A stretch of 47,690 nucleotides of DNA, the filler included, from Catajapyx aquilonaris (lineage: Eukaryota): NCBI GenBank assembly GCA_000934665.2. It is 2 parts of 2 records of this genome, joined end to end, with 100 filler letters (N's around TTAATTAATTAA, not from the genome) between each part and the next. Parts side by side here need not be neighbours in the genome. Positions count along the whole stretch, not along the records: positions 1 to 23,871 come from JYFJ02005635.1; positions 23,972 to 47,690 come from KZ539388.1. The stretch is one strand, 5' to 3'. The notes under the pieces were generated by a model. The model did not search any database, was not told the DNA's origin, and saw nothing but the letters and a program-made list of their open reading frames with translations. The translations under genes were made by a program, and so were the position numbers. This document shows, piece by piece, positions 12,301 to 25,187 of this stretch; position 1 is the stretch's first letter, and every line of letters begins with the position of its first letter.

Positions 12301-15300
12301 AACAGTTGTCACATGGTCCACAAATTATTTTTGCAATAGTACAGATCATTAAATATTAGTTTTTATGAATGCGGTGTCGTCACAACTTTCACCAAAAATT
12401 GAAGTACATTTTATTCCACCTTTGAAAGGACCTCCTGTGGTCATTTGAATTCTCAGCAAGATTCTGGCTGCATAAAAGATCAGGATATGAAACCTGCAGA
12501 ATGTGTCCCAAACATCGCTCGATATACACCCCTGTATACACCCGTATACAGACCGCAATTTGGCGCAATCTTCCCCCCTCGGAATGTCCCGCAGTTTTCC
12601 ACACACAGCCCCCCAGCCCTCAGGCTTTTCCAAGATTGACCTCCTTCCTTCATTCTTTATTTTTTTCGGGGGGATGGTCCACAATAAACGTGGCCTGTGG
12701 TCCGTTCCGGGCAGTAATTCTGATCCCCATGATCCTCACTATTTCCTCTTTTTTTTTATTTTAGAGCACTGCACTGCTGCCTCCACTAAAAAAAATCATG
12801 CCGGCAGGGGACATAACACTTAGCTCTCAACTTATTGGGCAATGGTCGCCATGGAGCTGTTGTCTATCTTGCTCCAAATTAAAGTCTCGCCCTTTGAAGT
12901 CTGTGATGGAAACGTTAATCTTTTTTTTTCTCGAGACCCTTTTTTCTTATTACTTTTTCTAAATTAAATCGATTGTTACCAGCACCTTGCTCAAAGATAG
13001 ACTATTGCTCCCGAGATGAAAAGAATTGTGACTGTCTATACCCAGTGCAAAAGAGGGTTTGTGTAATCGATGGAAAAGACTTCCTCATTGGTTATAGGAT
13101 GTTAGAAAAACGGGAGGTGAAAAAAATAAATCGGTGCCATCTTCCTCCGGTAATTCGTCTCGACTTCCGCTTCCAATGTCCTCCACCCGACACAGGGAAA
13201 TGGAAAACAGAAAAAAAGAAGACTAGCGGAAAAATCTACATGGAATGCTGGCTAAATTGCAACGTTTGTTAAAGGGAATGTGACCTTTAAGTTGATCCCA
13301 TTTTTAATGAGACCACGAGCATTCTGCTGGAAACTTTAAATTCGTTCATGAAAGCAGTAATTATGTAGCAGTATTTATGTGCATCTGTCCGCGGTGAGTC
13401 ATCAGTAGTGCGCGCCATCTATATGAGATATATGGTACTACATCCACAGCCTGGCAGTGTTGCCAAGTTGTTGAAAGGGTTTCACTCCTGAAGTGATGAA
13501 ATAATTTTTTTTTAAACGCTCACTTCGCTCGCATATTTCTAGGCCTGAGGTTTACGGTGGCTTTATAAATCTGAGAAAATGTGACGCGTACTTTTGGACG
13601 ACTCTTTAGAGAAAGGGATCTCCAAAGAGCCTTCCTAATTGGTGCTGGGGGATTACTGATCTAAACCGACTGTTTTCAGCAGGACAGAGTTTGAACAGTT
13701 TCTAAGCAAGCCTCGAGGCATGTCCTTACAGTATATACACACGCACCTGTGTCTCTTAAACTCCGCTTATTTACGCGACCCAAGAAGACCCTGTATAAGC
13801 TGGAACCGAAGTTCTCAATATTTTCCAAAGGCACTTTGGAAGCATAATCCCATCGCCTATAGCCAAGCTTCCTCTTCCTTCCTCTTGCAAACTCCCAAAG
13901 ATTTGTTGTCTCGCAATCCTAGAGGTAATTTCGTTTACCATCAGCCAAGATTAACGTCGTTTTGGGCCTGATTTCTTGGACTGGAATTTCCTGAAACTAG
14001 CAAGGGATTTAACGATGTCTCTGCTGCATGCTACGAGCACGGGTAGGACCCAAACAGCACACATTAATTAACCCCCTGGAACAATTCGGGCGCATGTAAA
14101 TAGCAATGTAAAGCTGCTGGCATTTGCAAAACTTGATCAAAGCCTCGGTTCCCAGCATCAGGAGGTCTATATATGTGCGTGGCTGGGGCTATGGAGCTTT
14201 TATAGCACTAATTGTATCTTCCAGCTTGCGCCGAGGGCTTTATGCGTCAAGGTCCATTTATATACAGGAACTGGCTCGAATTAGTGTCTACAGGGTGTCG
14301 CACTGTCAAAGTCCCACAGTTGGAGAAAAAAAGACGTTCAGTAATCATCTTTGGAAGCAAACTGGATGAAACTGTGGTTGCTAAAGAAAACAATCTATTA
14401 ATGGCTACTACTTCTTGACTCCTACTTGTAACATGGGCAGTGTACCACCCTGCATATCTGCAGGATTAAATGTATTCAAGCGATGAAAAGCATTCATGTA
14501 ACTCTGGCCTGATGAACAGCCAGTCAGTCATTATTCTGGCATTTAAAGCAGGATTAATTAGCTGGTTGGTTTCCATTCAGTCAATACGGGGAGGCCTTGA
14601 AAATCTTCACCTGAATATATTCTCACAATAAATTCGGGCCACTTCCTGCTATATAGGATCAGGCTAACCGACAGTTAAAAACACCTTTTGTAAATCGACG
14701 AAACCCAAAAATTGAAGCTTACATAGATGAGCTTGAAGCTTACAGGGAGAGGAAAAAAGTGGATTCATCTGGAGCCAATATTTATGATCAATCCGAACCC
14801 TAATGCAAGAATAACGTTTGCTCTGAAAATAAAGATGAGATTTTTTTTTTCGTGGGCATCAGTTTTCTTGGAGGGACAACGCTTGTGGCCTCAAACTATA
14901 GATGGACAGGGTCGGAGGTGGAAAAAAAGTCAATTTCACACTCTATCGCTTCCCTGACGCTGACGTATACCAAATGCAATAGTCAGTACAGGGTGATTCA
15001 TCTGAGCTCTTAATACGCGTTGAAACACCCTGTATAACGCACTAATAGCATGATTAAGCAATGAATTTTTCTATAAAATAGTGGACGTTGCAATTAACTA
15101 TTGGAGCAACCACATGATAATATCGACATATAATTACATGCACTTCAATGAAGCTCTTTATATATGAGTAAATACCATACATATTTCACATGCAATCTAA
15201 TCCTATACTTACAGTTAGTGCAGTTAATTTCTCAATGAAGTGAACCGCAAAAATTGCGGAACTCGTATATTGCACCACTGCTTGCATTATTTTATCGCAT

Positions 15301-18300
15301 ATAGAGTACGCTGGTTTTGCGAAAAATTAGGATGTCCTAGGTCCTAATTAATGGCACACCCGTCGCATAGATGAATATTGGTAGAGCGATCTCTCCCTGC
15401 TGGCTTTAATTTTTTTTTCATAATCCGGCAACGATATGAACCCAGCATCCTTCGGTCATGCGGGTTCCTAAATTATCATTCCCTCGACCAGTTTTCAAGC
15501 CGCGCACGTGAATTAGATTAATCGAGTTGAGCCCCTGACGGTAATGAATAACTGACTTCCCTTACACATGCAACTAAAGGGGGTCGCGTCCAAGTATATA
15601 TAGTAGTATAGCCTTTCGACACACATCGGGTCACGCTTTAGCAATTAAAGTCCGAGGGCCCAAAAACGAAAAACCACTTGGGGTTTGGCCGGAGATGAAA
15701 CCACAAACTTGGTCGGAACTCTAACCGCAATGAATTTATCCTATCGAGGGCTTCTGGGAAATGTGCAGGGAAAAAAAGGTCTCCTGAATTTGAAGAAACG
15801 TGAGGTACATGTACTGGGCTTGATAAGTAACATTGTTGACATTTTCATGAGTCTGAACCATATCGGTTTGCAAGTGCAAGTACACACCAGAGTACACACC
15901 CAAAAAGGAAAGGTTCACACGGACGTATCTAATGCTTTAGGAAGCTGCGTCTGACAGTAGCCGCAATTTGAAAGTCAACCAGCTTTTACATCTCTTTTGG
16001 AGACAAGGAGAGCCGCACACACAAAGAGAAAACTTCGTAGGATGAAACTACCTTTTTTTTTTTAGGAGCTGATGTTTGCTCGGTCGACTTTCAGTCCGTA
16101 TTAATGTGGTGGAAACGACGATTCCTCCCAACAGGATTTTCCACGCCTGTTGCTCAGACTTCAAAAAATGTGATGGTAATTTTTTAGGAGAGAGAAGGTT
16201 TTTTTTTAGATATTTTTATTTCGAGCAGGGCAAGAGAGTGTCTGGTCTAGACATGTGTGCATGAAGCGTGCTCGCTAAGCAATCACGTTTTGCTGACAAA
16301 CTCTCCGGGAAACCTGACGCGCAATAGAGTTAGAAAAAAAATACTGAGAATGATTACGACTAGACTGCTCGAGTATTTTTGGTGGTGTTTTTGCTCGTTA
16401 TGATGATTAAGACGGTAATTTAATCGGTGATGATGTATTGCCTGCTTCCTACTCTTTCACAACTCGGATCAACTAACTGCAAGCAATGTATTTCTTGTAC
16501 ACTTGACTATCGTTCTAGACCATAGGAAATGCTTTTAAATATATTTTGCGACATGAGATCAACACTGAAGAGTGGAACACTCAAAATGCATTTTATTTCC
16601 CACTCCCAAGAGAAGTGTAGTTGGAAATCTTCAAGCTCGATTCAAACGCTATTAGGATTGCCATTAAAGGAACGGTGGCACTTTCTCCATCAAAATCCTT
16701 CCACGATCAAATGAAATCTTCCTTTCCTTCCCCGTTAAAAAAAACCATTTTTTTGACGACCTTCTATCTTCTTCCTTGCCAAATACCAATTTTTGTTCCT
16801 CTAGTCGTCTAGTGAATTCCTACTCAACACCGACAACAACATTTAGGGCACCAAATTGAAATTGACGCTAGAAGCATAATCTAATCAAACTTTTACACAT
16901 CTTAAAATCATTTTTTTCGAACTTTTAAACTATCACAAGTAGTGTAAACTAAAATTTAGAAACAAATCTAATTATGGGACACATTCAATCGAATATTTGT
17001 CTTTAATTTGCGTTCATACCACCTGACCTCAATCCCACTCACACTGAATTCCAATGACAAAAGAGTCCTTGATCCTCACTTTAAAAACAACATTTTTAAC
17101 TGGCGGAAAAACATTGTTGTTATTTCATGAGTCAAAATCGTACAAAACATACCGGTAGTTTAATTAACGCCAGCTCTTGAACTCCCCCATTTTTTTTACC
17201 ATACAAAACCGGCGGCATAATGATCATCACAAATGTGCTCGGTAGATCCGGTGGACAATGGCACAGTTTTCCCTCTTTTTCGCGAATAAAAAATCAGCCC
17301 ACGTCCAGACCATGTGTCATATCCCATTGTAATAGTCCAAAGATCCGTTCAAAAAAAATATTTGCATCTCTCGAACCCAAGGTTGAATGAGAGAGCAGCG
17401 AAGCGCAGGAAAAGTTAAAGGGGTTCAACAACGGCCAAAAAATTAATTTGGCAAAGTGCTGACGTTTGCAAAATCAGAAAAATTGCGATCGAAAATGGGT
17501 CAAAAAATCATTGCTTTTAGGAGCATTGCGGAATTATTATTATTTTAGTTCAGATATTTTTTTTAAGGTTTCTAGTATGTTGTAATCGCAAATATTTTTG
17601 GTCGTCGATTTTCCTGGAGGTGATCAACGACTGGTCCGTTTACTCAATGACAGCGGGATGATCCTCGGATCAGGGAAACACAGCAGCCCAGGCGATATAA
17701 ACCCCCCTGCACTTTGATGTCGGCATAATACCAGGCCGTCAAAGGCACTGCTCGCGATCAAAATCCACTCAGGATCAAAGCTCCGTCCATGCGAATTTGT
17801 ACGTTGTGACAATAGCGTCATTAACAATTTTGAGCCCCGTTGCTTCCATACCACCAAGAAAACATGCGCCGTCATCACTGGCCAGAATAAGCAGATCACC
17901 ATCAAAAAAAATCAGCAATTGAAACACCCTGTACTGATGAGGAGACCATCCATCAAGGCTTTTCCTTTTCCTTTTGGGACTATAACCAGACATTTCTAAG
18001 GATAACCGTGTTTGCCCTTGCCTTTTCCTGGAGACTCAGCCGGGCCCACAAAGGAATTATGGCTTCTCGGATGTATGGCATTGTCGACTTTGGACTTTCC
18101 GAGTGCAAAAAGTGTCAACTGTACCACAGTCAGCCACAGTTCAACATAAGAGCCTGGCAAGAGACAATAATCCAAAATATTCATCTCTCTCATTAGCCCG
18201 TTATCACAATGCGGGTATGAGCCCATTAATTACTCTGTGGCTTGACTTTCAAACAGCAGCTGCTGGGCGGATATATCGACAGATGCAATATGAAGGTTTT

Positions 18301-19209
18301 TTTTGGATGCGGATATGCCCGTAGGTTATGGGGAGATCAACATTTGCGAATTTTTTTGCAGTGCCGATGCGGGAATTGTAGCCGCATAAAAAATGAGGTT
18401 TGCAATTTCGGTTTTCTCCAAATGTATTGAACTATTCGACTTACCGGTCCAAGGCTGCCCAGGAGCCAACCACTGGTCACAAGCACTACTTGCAGTGAGA
18501 CTGACTATTTTTATCAATTGGCAAGTCATTTGACAATTTTTGATCTGTTGTAATAAAATTGAGTAATAATTGCGGAGTTGATATACGAAGTACACACTCA
18601 AATAAATTCAGGTACATTCAGAGCAATAATGTAGATTGGAACATGAGCACAATTTTCGCACACAAATGGTGGACCGGAAAATTGACTCTGTACATATGCA
18701 TTAGCCTGATAACACTTTGTTATTACGTGCACTACAAGGCGAGACAATCAATGAATGTCCTGAACCCGTGTGGAAAAGTGCATCGGAAATCAATTCCTCT
18801 CTTAGTCTGCGAATATTTCCGGTTCTAAACCCCCCAACGTGACGGAAGTTGGCCCTGCCTGCATTCTGCACATAATTTTGGATGGTCCCAAGGTTTTGGT
18901 CGAGTATTACGAGGTAGGGGGGGGGAGGCAAAATACTATTGGATTCCCGGTCCTCTCTGCTGGTACTTTCCTGTAGGAAGCTTGCAGACGTGCTATAGGC
19001 ATAGTCGCGGATATCCCCCGAAGAGAGACTAAGCCTAATGAAACAGGAGGGGCCCCCAATTTCATAAAGGGGATTTTCGCTGACTATGCAGCAAGAGGGT
19101 GAGAAAATCTGCGCATATGATTCAAGGAAAACGTGATTTTTGGAGGCATCGGTTGCAATATTGGGATATAGGTTTTAAAATAATATATTTTAATGTATTT
19201 TTTTTTCAG

Positions 19210-19342
19210 AACTTTCAGACTGGTGGACAGGAGAAGAAGTGCTGCTGGGTGTGCGTACCTTGCGACGAAAAGGAGTTTCTCTACAATGATACCTCGTGTC
19301 AGCTGTGCGAACTTGGGACTTGGCCAAATGCGAACAAAACTA
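19210..19342 (+). CDS. GRM1/5: Group I mGluR exon (cysteine-rich domain)
   Basis: tttttttcag acceptor, A|gtgagt donor. NFQTGGQEKKCCWVCVPCDEKEFLYNDTSCQLCELGTWPNANKT, after a 9.86-kb intron. Confidence 0.94.
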
Positions 19343-19907
19343 GTGAGTGAATTTCATATTTTAAAATATATATGGCACCAACATAATATGCATACCAATC
19401 GGAAATCCCTTGTGGACATGATTTGTCCATCTGACGTGGCCAGCAGATCCATTATAATTATGACGTCGAGGTTCAGCAACTGAATTCGGTTTACAATCAG
19501 TGCGACTGTCCATTAAATCCTATAATCCGGTTTGGACTCGTTTAAAACCATGTGCATAGAAACGCCTCACTGGTCAATCCCTTAAATTTCGCTTCAAACT
19601 GTCGCAGCATCGCTTGTAAATAAATTGAAAAGTTACGTCTGATATGGATTACATGCGGAAAGTTTGCTCAGTATTTCTTGCTACACTGCAGCAGTTCATT
19701 CTGCTATGAAATAATAGGCCGGGGCTAGACAGGAAGGCAATCCATCAAGATATTGTCTTACAGTGAATGGAGAGGAAAAGACGGATGTTTCGAAGCGTTG
19801 GGTTTATCTTTCAGAAGATGTTGTTACAATAGGGGGGAAATCGCCAAAATCGCTAAAAAATAGGCCAGTTTTGAACCCGGCGGCTTTTTATAATTTGTGT
19901 GCAACAG

Positions 19908-20274
19908 GTTGTGAGGTGATACTGGTCCATCACATGCAATGGTCGGACACACAGGCCATTGTGGCTATGGCCCTGGCCTGTCTGGGGACACTGACCACCC
20001 TGGCATCGATGGGCGTCTTCATCAAGTACAACAACACCCCTGTGGTCAAGGCCTCAACCAGGGAACTCAGCTACATCATATTGGTCGGGATGTGTCTCTG
20101 CTACGCCACGACATTTCCTCTCCTGGCCGAACCCAGCAGGGTCACCTGTGTCATGTCCAGGATCTTGCCTGGACTCAGCTTCGCCATGATCTACGCAGCG
20201 CTGCTGACCAAGACAAACCGAATCGCGAGGATTCTAGCTGGAAGCAAGAAGAAGATTATCACCAAGAAGCCCAG
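19908..20274 (+). CDS. GRM1/5: Group I mGluR exon (TM1-TM3 and intracellular loop 2)
   Basis: aacag acceptor, AG|gtcagg donor. CEVILVHHMQWSD...NNTPVVKASTRELSYIIL...LLTKTNRIARILAGSKKKIITKKP(R). Confidence 0.96.
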
Positions 20275-20335
20275 GTCAGGTTACACTTTGGTATAATAGT
20301 GATTGTGACCTCTTAACTGGCCTTTGACCCCGTAG

Positions 20336-20896
20336 GTTCATGTCGTCAATGGCCCAGGTGGTGATCACGTTCCTACTGATCTCGATTGAGGTTGGGATCA
20401 TCGTGTACATGCTGGTGAGGGAGCCTGCTGACTGGATGCACCTGTACGAGTACCGTCGAGTGACCCTGACATGCAACACGACCGTACTGGGCATCATGGC
20501 TCCGTTGGGTTTCGACCTGTTCCTGATCGGTATGTGCACGGTGTACGCGGTCAAGACCCGGAACGTGCCCGAGAACTTCAACGAGGCAAAGTTCATCGGG
20601 TTCGCCATGTACACCACCTGCGTCATATGGGTGGCCTTCGTGCCCATCTACTTCGGAAGCGACTCCAAAGTCATCACCATGTGCCTCTGCATCACCCTCA
20701 GCTCCATGGTCACCCTGATATTCCTCTTCTTCCCTAAGCTTTACATCATTCTGCTTAGGCCTGAGAGGAACAACCGAAGCTACTTCACCACCTCCAAGAC
20801 CGTACGGTGCTTCATCGGTACCGCTGTCAACCATGCAGTCATCTCCAGAAACTCAACCTCATACTCGCTCAGCGACTACAGCACCGAATCACCCAG
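20336..20896 (+). CDS. GRM1/5: Group I mGluR exon (TM4-TM7 and proximal C-tail); ends at donor 20896|20897 or reads through to stop at 20915
   Basis: Follows a 61-nt intron (20275-20335). RFMSSMAQ...KTRNVPENFNEAKFIGFAMYTTCVIWVAFVPIYFGS...FPKLYIILLRPERNNRSYFTTSKTVRCFIG. Confidence 0.95.
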
Positions 20897-20981
20897 GTCA
20901 GCACATAATAATTAATTGCGGGGGGCATAAAACCAGACCAAAAAGCCATCAGAAATACGACCATCTTGAGTGTCTTCTCAG

Positions 20982-21000
20982 GCGACAAACATATTTATGA
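20982..21000 (+). CDS. Candidate terminal mini-exon of the mGluR, giving C-terminus ...ESPRRQTYL*
   Basis: tgtcttctcag acceptor 85 nt after the donor at 20897, phase-compatible, ending in TGA. No transcript support, so the real tail exons may lie elsewhere. Confidence 0.35.
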
Positions 21001-23871
21001 GTGGGACAGCTTTGGTTGGAAATTAGCCAAATTAATCAGCCGGGTGTGCCATAACTTCCAATGTGTAAAGTTTGGCTCGAAATGGCGCCAACCACAGAAA
21101 AAAAATGATGGGATAATTGCAGGGAATAGGAACAATGAAAATGGCAATTAAAAGCGTCATTAGCCCAAGCTTCATTACTAGGCCTATACGTGCTCCTTGT
21201 GTTACATTATATTTGAAGTAGTGATTTTATAATTCGAATTAATATCACTAATTCAAACTTTAAATCCATGGACTTTGAAAAATTGTTAAAAATATGCCCA
21301 AAGCCTCCTTCACGTGAAGAATATTTTTCAGTTCATAATAATTATATTTAGCACTATAAAAAAATAATGACTTGCACGCTTTTCATTCCCAAGGAATAAG
21401 AAGACGCACTTTTGCGCTCAGAAAAATTTGAATACTAGATGACTACTGCTTTTTGTTCGGAGAGTGGATTTTTTTAAAAAAATAGTCACACCCCGTTTGA
21501 TTGCTGAATATTCGAAACTCCAGTTGCAGTCGAATCTACATAAAAATCCACTCTTTTTTCTGGTTCAATTTCCAACAAGTAAAACGCATTGCGAATTCTC
21601 CCATACCTCAATCATTGCACAGAATATGTAACATCGGCACTCGAAAAGTTGCGCCCAAATTTTGCCTACTGTCTACATATCTGCTTCGACTTTTTTTTTT
21701 TTTGCCAAAAATATGGATAGAACGGGGCAGGTGCTCCCTTGTTTATGATGGAAGCCCGAGTTCCATTTTCATGCAAATTTTTGCCTATCCGCAACGCGAA
21801 ATCGGATTAATTTGAACTTGGGGGTGAACCCACCCCGATCTCCTGCTTGCAAATTTTTTTCGCGAAAAATCCAGAGAGTGCACAGTGCGCATTAATTTTC
21901 TGTGAGAGGCATAAATCACTCGGTAGAGATTTTATATTATTAAATGCACTTTTTTTTTTAACCGGCCAAAGTATGTTCGATTAATATTCAAGGCCTTTCG
22001 ACGCCGAATAATAATATGCAAGAATGACTGCCTGTGGCTCCATTGGGAGAACCCTGAATCGATGGAACTGGCCCGTACCTAAAAATTACACACTCGTGTA
22101 TGTGGTCCTGTGGGCGATTCTGAGGGGGATATAACATTGGGTACTTTTTTTTTTACCTTACATTCGACAGAGCTGCTTTTAACTGAACATGCAGAGTACA
22201 TTATGTATGAGTTCAGTAAGGGGGGGAATGTAAACTGGGACGGAAATTTTTGATTCTAGATCTCCCTTGAGGATATCCTTCGACGGAACAGAGTATTTAT
22301 TCAGCAAACTGACTGATCTTTTTTTTTGTAGCTCAGTATAGTACTAGCTTGTGCATTTTTTTGGATGAAATGAAGAGAGAGAAAAAATGCAACCGTACTG
22401 ATCATATGAAGTAAGAGGGTAGTGAACTAGACCTTTCAACGAGGTATACTCTTAGAGTGAATCAATCTTGAAGTGATGGACCTTTTGAGGGTCTCCAAAT
22501 TGCGCTTTTAAGTGCAGGGCAGCCAACCCCCTCCTTTGGCTTTCATTTTGAGTGCGGTGCATCAATCACTTTGGTATACACTTCGAAAGAACAGCCTAAC
22601 TTTTTTTCTTTCTTTCTTCTAAGAGCATCATTCGGGATTCAAATCCAATTTGATCTCCACCTTTTTTTTTCTATTCTCAAACTGATGAATGTTTTTGAGC
22701 CGCTGAGGGACTATTATTTCTTTCATTCCTTAATAGCCTGTCTGCCTGTCTCGCTCTGTTGAAAACTTGCGGATCCCCGTCATGGCCATTGTGAATCCGC
22801 GAACTCTTGACAGTAATTTGCCAAGTTTGAATTCAGAGTATGCGCAGGTATGAGTGACAAAAAATCTGATCAGATTTCCCGCCTATAAATGCGCTGCATA
22901 ATTGGCGTAGCTGTCATAACATGTCATTATCAACGAGACAACAATGGAAGGGTCAGCATTATGTGACGCTAAAAAGGGTGTAGTCACTGGTGAAGAATAT
23001 GCAACTAATTGACAAAAATGTAGGTTAAACACATTACACACCTTTATAAGCGAACATTGCACTATTTACAATTAAAAATATTGATCACCTCCCTATATAG
23101 GTAGTGTTTTATATTAATTCGCCACTTTAAATTGCAACCATTACATTTTAATTACACTGCTCTAAATAATTTGCAGAGCATATTTCAAGGTGTCTCAGGT
23201 AACCTTTTTTCCATCGGTCCATGTGAAAACGGTCAATTATGCAAAGGTACTGTAGGTAACTCATTTAAATATTGATCGAAGGCGTATTATTATTGAAGCT
23301 AAGTTCTACACTATATGTCATAAAGGGTGGGGACCAATCACATGGGGAAAGGGTGTAACCTGCCATAATATTTGCCATAACTCGCGTCATCGCAATCATT
23401 TCAAAATTCTGCAAACGCCCTCGGATAAAACATCCGCTCATTAAAATTTTAACGACTTATATAGGCTATTCCATCGTTGTTTGCTTCTAAAACTCGTATA
23501 GTTTGCCATGGAGTCGAAACATCTCAATCTGGCAGCGTGTCAAATTAGGCCTGGAAAGGAGTGTTGCATCAAAAGCACCAGGGGTATTCTTTCCAAAATG
23601 CAATTTACACTGTATCACTGTATGAAAAAGGTGAGACGTTTTTTTGGGGGACTCGCGAACAAAGGATCCGACCCTTCACAAGAGAGTTCAAAGGCACACT
23701 TTAGACTTCATAGTTCTCGCTCTCTTTTTTTTGCAATCCATACGACTACAGTATACATGTCTTTTCCAGCCAGAGCTTTGGGTTTTCCCCAAGCCACGGA
23801 GACACTTCGTCCTTTTTACCCCCCTTCACATATTGGCTAATGGCTGGCGGGGGGGCTTTTAAGTGAAACAT

Positions 23872-23971
23872 NNNNNNNNNNNNNNNNNNNNNNNNNNNNN
23901 NNNNNNNNNNNNNNNTTAATTAATTAANNNNNNNNNNNNNNNNNNNNNNNNNNNNNNNNNNNNNNNNNNNN
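23872..23971. other. Artificial assembly spacer N44-TTAATTAATTAA-N44
   Basis: Exactly 100 nt, symmetric N runs around a 12-mer with stops in all six frames. Confidence 0.95.
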
Positions 23972-24387
23972 CGACGCTGAACTTGGCCGTATTTCAGATC
24001 TCACCACTTTTTACGGCCAAGCAGTCAGGAGAACTTGGCCTTTTTTACAGAAAGGTTTTTGGTGGGATATACCTTACATAAAGTATTATACAGTACACTA
24101 CATTAAAGTAGGCCTACAGTTTAGGAAAAGAAGTCCAATAGGCCTATATGTATTTTCTTTTGCTTCAGAGCTGAGACTCGGTTTTTTGCCGCTAAATCTC
24201 GCGCGCGAATTTGAATTTGCCGATTCGAACGCTTTCTGTTGATCGGGGTTCGGATAATCGAGGCTCCACTGTATCTCAAAATCACGCAGCAAATGACATT
24301 TCTCTACCGGTACTCTTTCCCTGACCACCATATTATTATTTTTTGGGTGATAAATTGCTTACATTAAATATATCACTTTATGCAGAA

Positions 24388-25187
24388 GCCAGCCAACCCC
24401 AACTGGTGGGTAGTCATCAACCTTGGAACCCATTCGTTTGCCGTCAGTGTCCAGAGACCCGAGCCAGGCAATCCTGCTCTCACTGCATACGAGGAGAAAC
24501 AAAACCTGGAACTTAGCTGCCGCTGGGTGCGGCGCGTCAAGGTGCTTGCCCCGCCAAAAATGGGAGGGGACCACTCCTCGAGTTTGACATGGGAGTCGAT
24601 GCGATGTATCTCTTAGATGGGAGTTACCCAAAGTTCTTAGCAGGAAGCCCAAGGGAGAGATGATACATGTGCTCCTGGGTGGAGCTCCTCAGAATGGTGT
24701 TGGAGATGAGGGTGAGGAGGAATGGAGTGATGAAGCCTTTGATGTGATGCTGAGTGCCCTGCGCAGGATGTTTGAGCAGAGGGCTATTGTGCCAGAGGTG
24801 GCTTACGATGGCAAGGGACTGCTCTCCTGGGAGTGGTGTGCAGCAGAGGAGGTTAGTTCAAAATGGGGGAAACTGAGGATGTGAGCGCATGTTAACATCC
24901 CTATTCAAAGTTGTCTCCAAGCTCAGAAGGCCCACTGCCTTAACTTAATACAACCTACCTTGCCAATCTGAGCGAGCAGGATAATAGACCCGTAATGCAT
25001 GTAACTATTCCTTTCCCTGCTCCTTTTCATGGTAAAGAATCCAAGATAGCACATTACAAAACAAGTTTGATGAACAACTGGTTTTCACACGCCTTTGAAA
25101 GTACTTGCATCAGTTTGCATCATGACATTCAAATATTGTTTGCAGAGGACCACCATACTGGCTGGCACCGCAGCACTGCACCATTAA
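24388..25187 (+). pseudogene. Coding-like, apparently frameshifted spliced segment of unknown family
   Basis: GC-richer codon-like block after tatgcag. Three consecutive open segments in shifted frames, donor GAG|gttagt (~24851), acceptor ttgtttgcag (25145), then stop and AATAAA (~25546). No recognisable homology. Confidence 0.3.

Noticed and set aside
20276..20834. Antisense and alternate-frame ORFs (123, 153 and 88 aa) over the 7TM exon
   Set aside because: Shadow ORFs caused by GC-rich codon usage of the mGluR.
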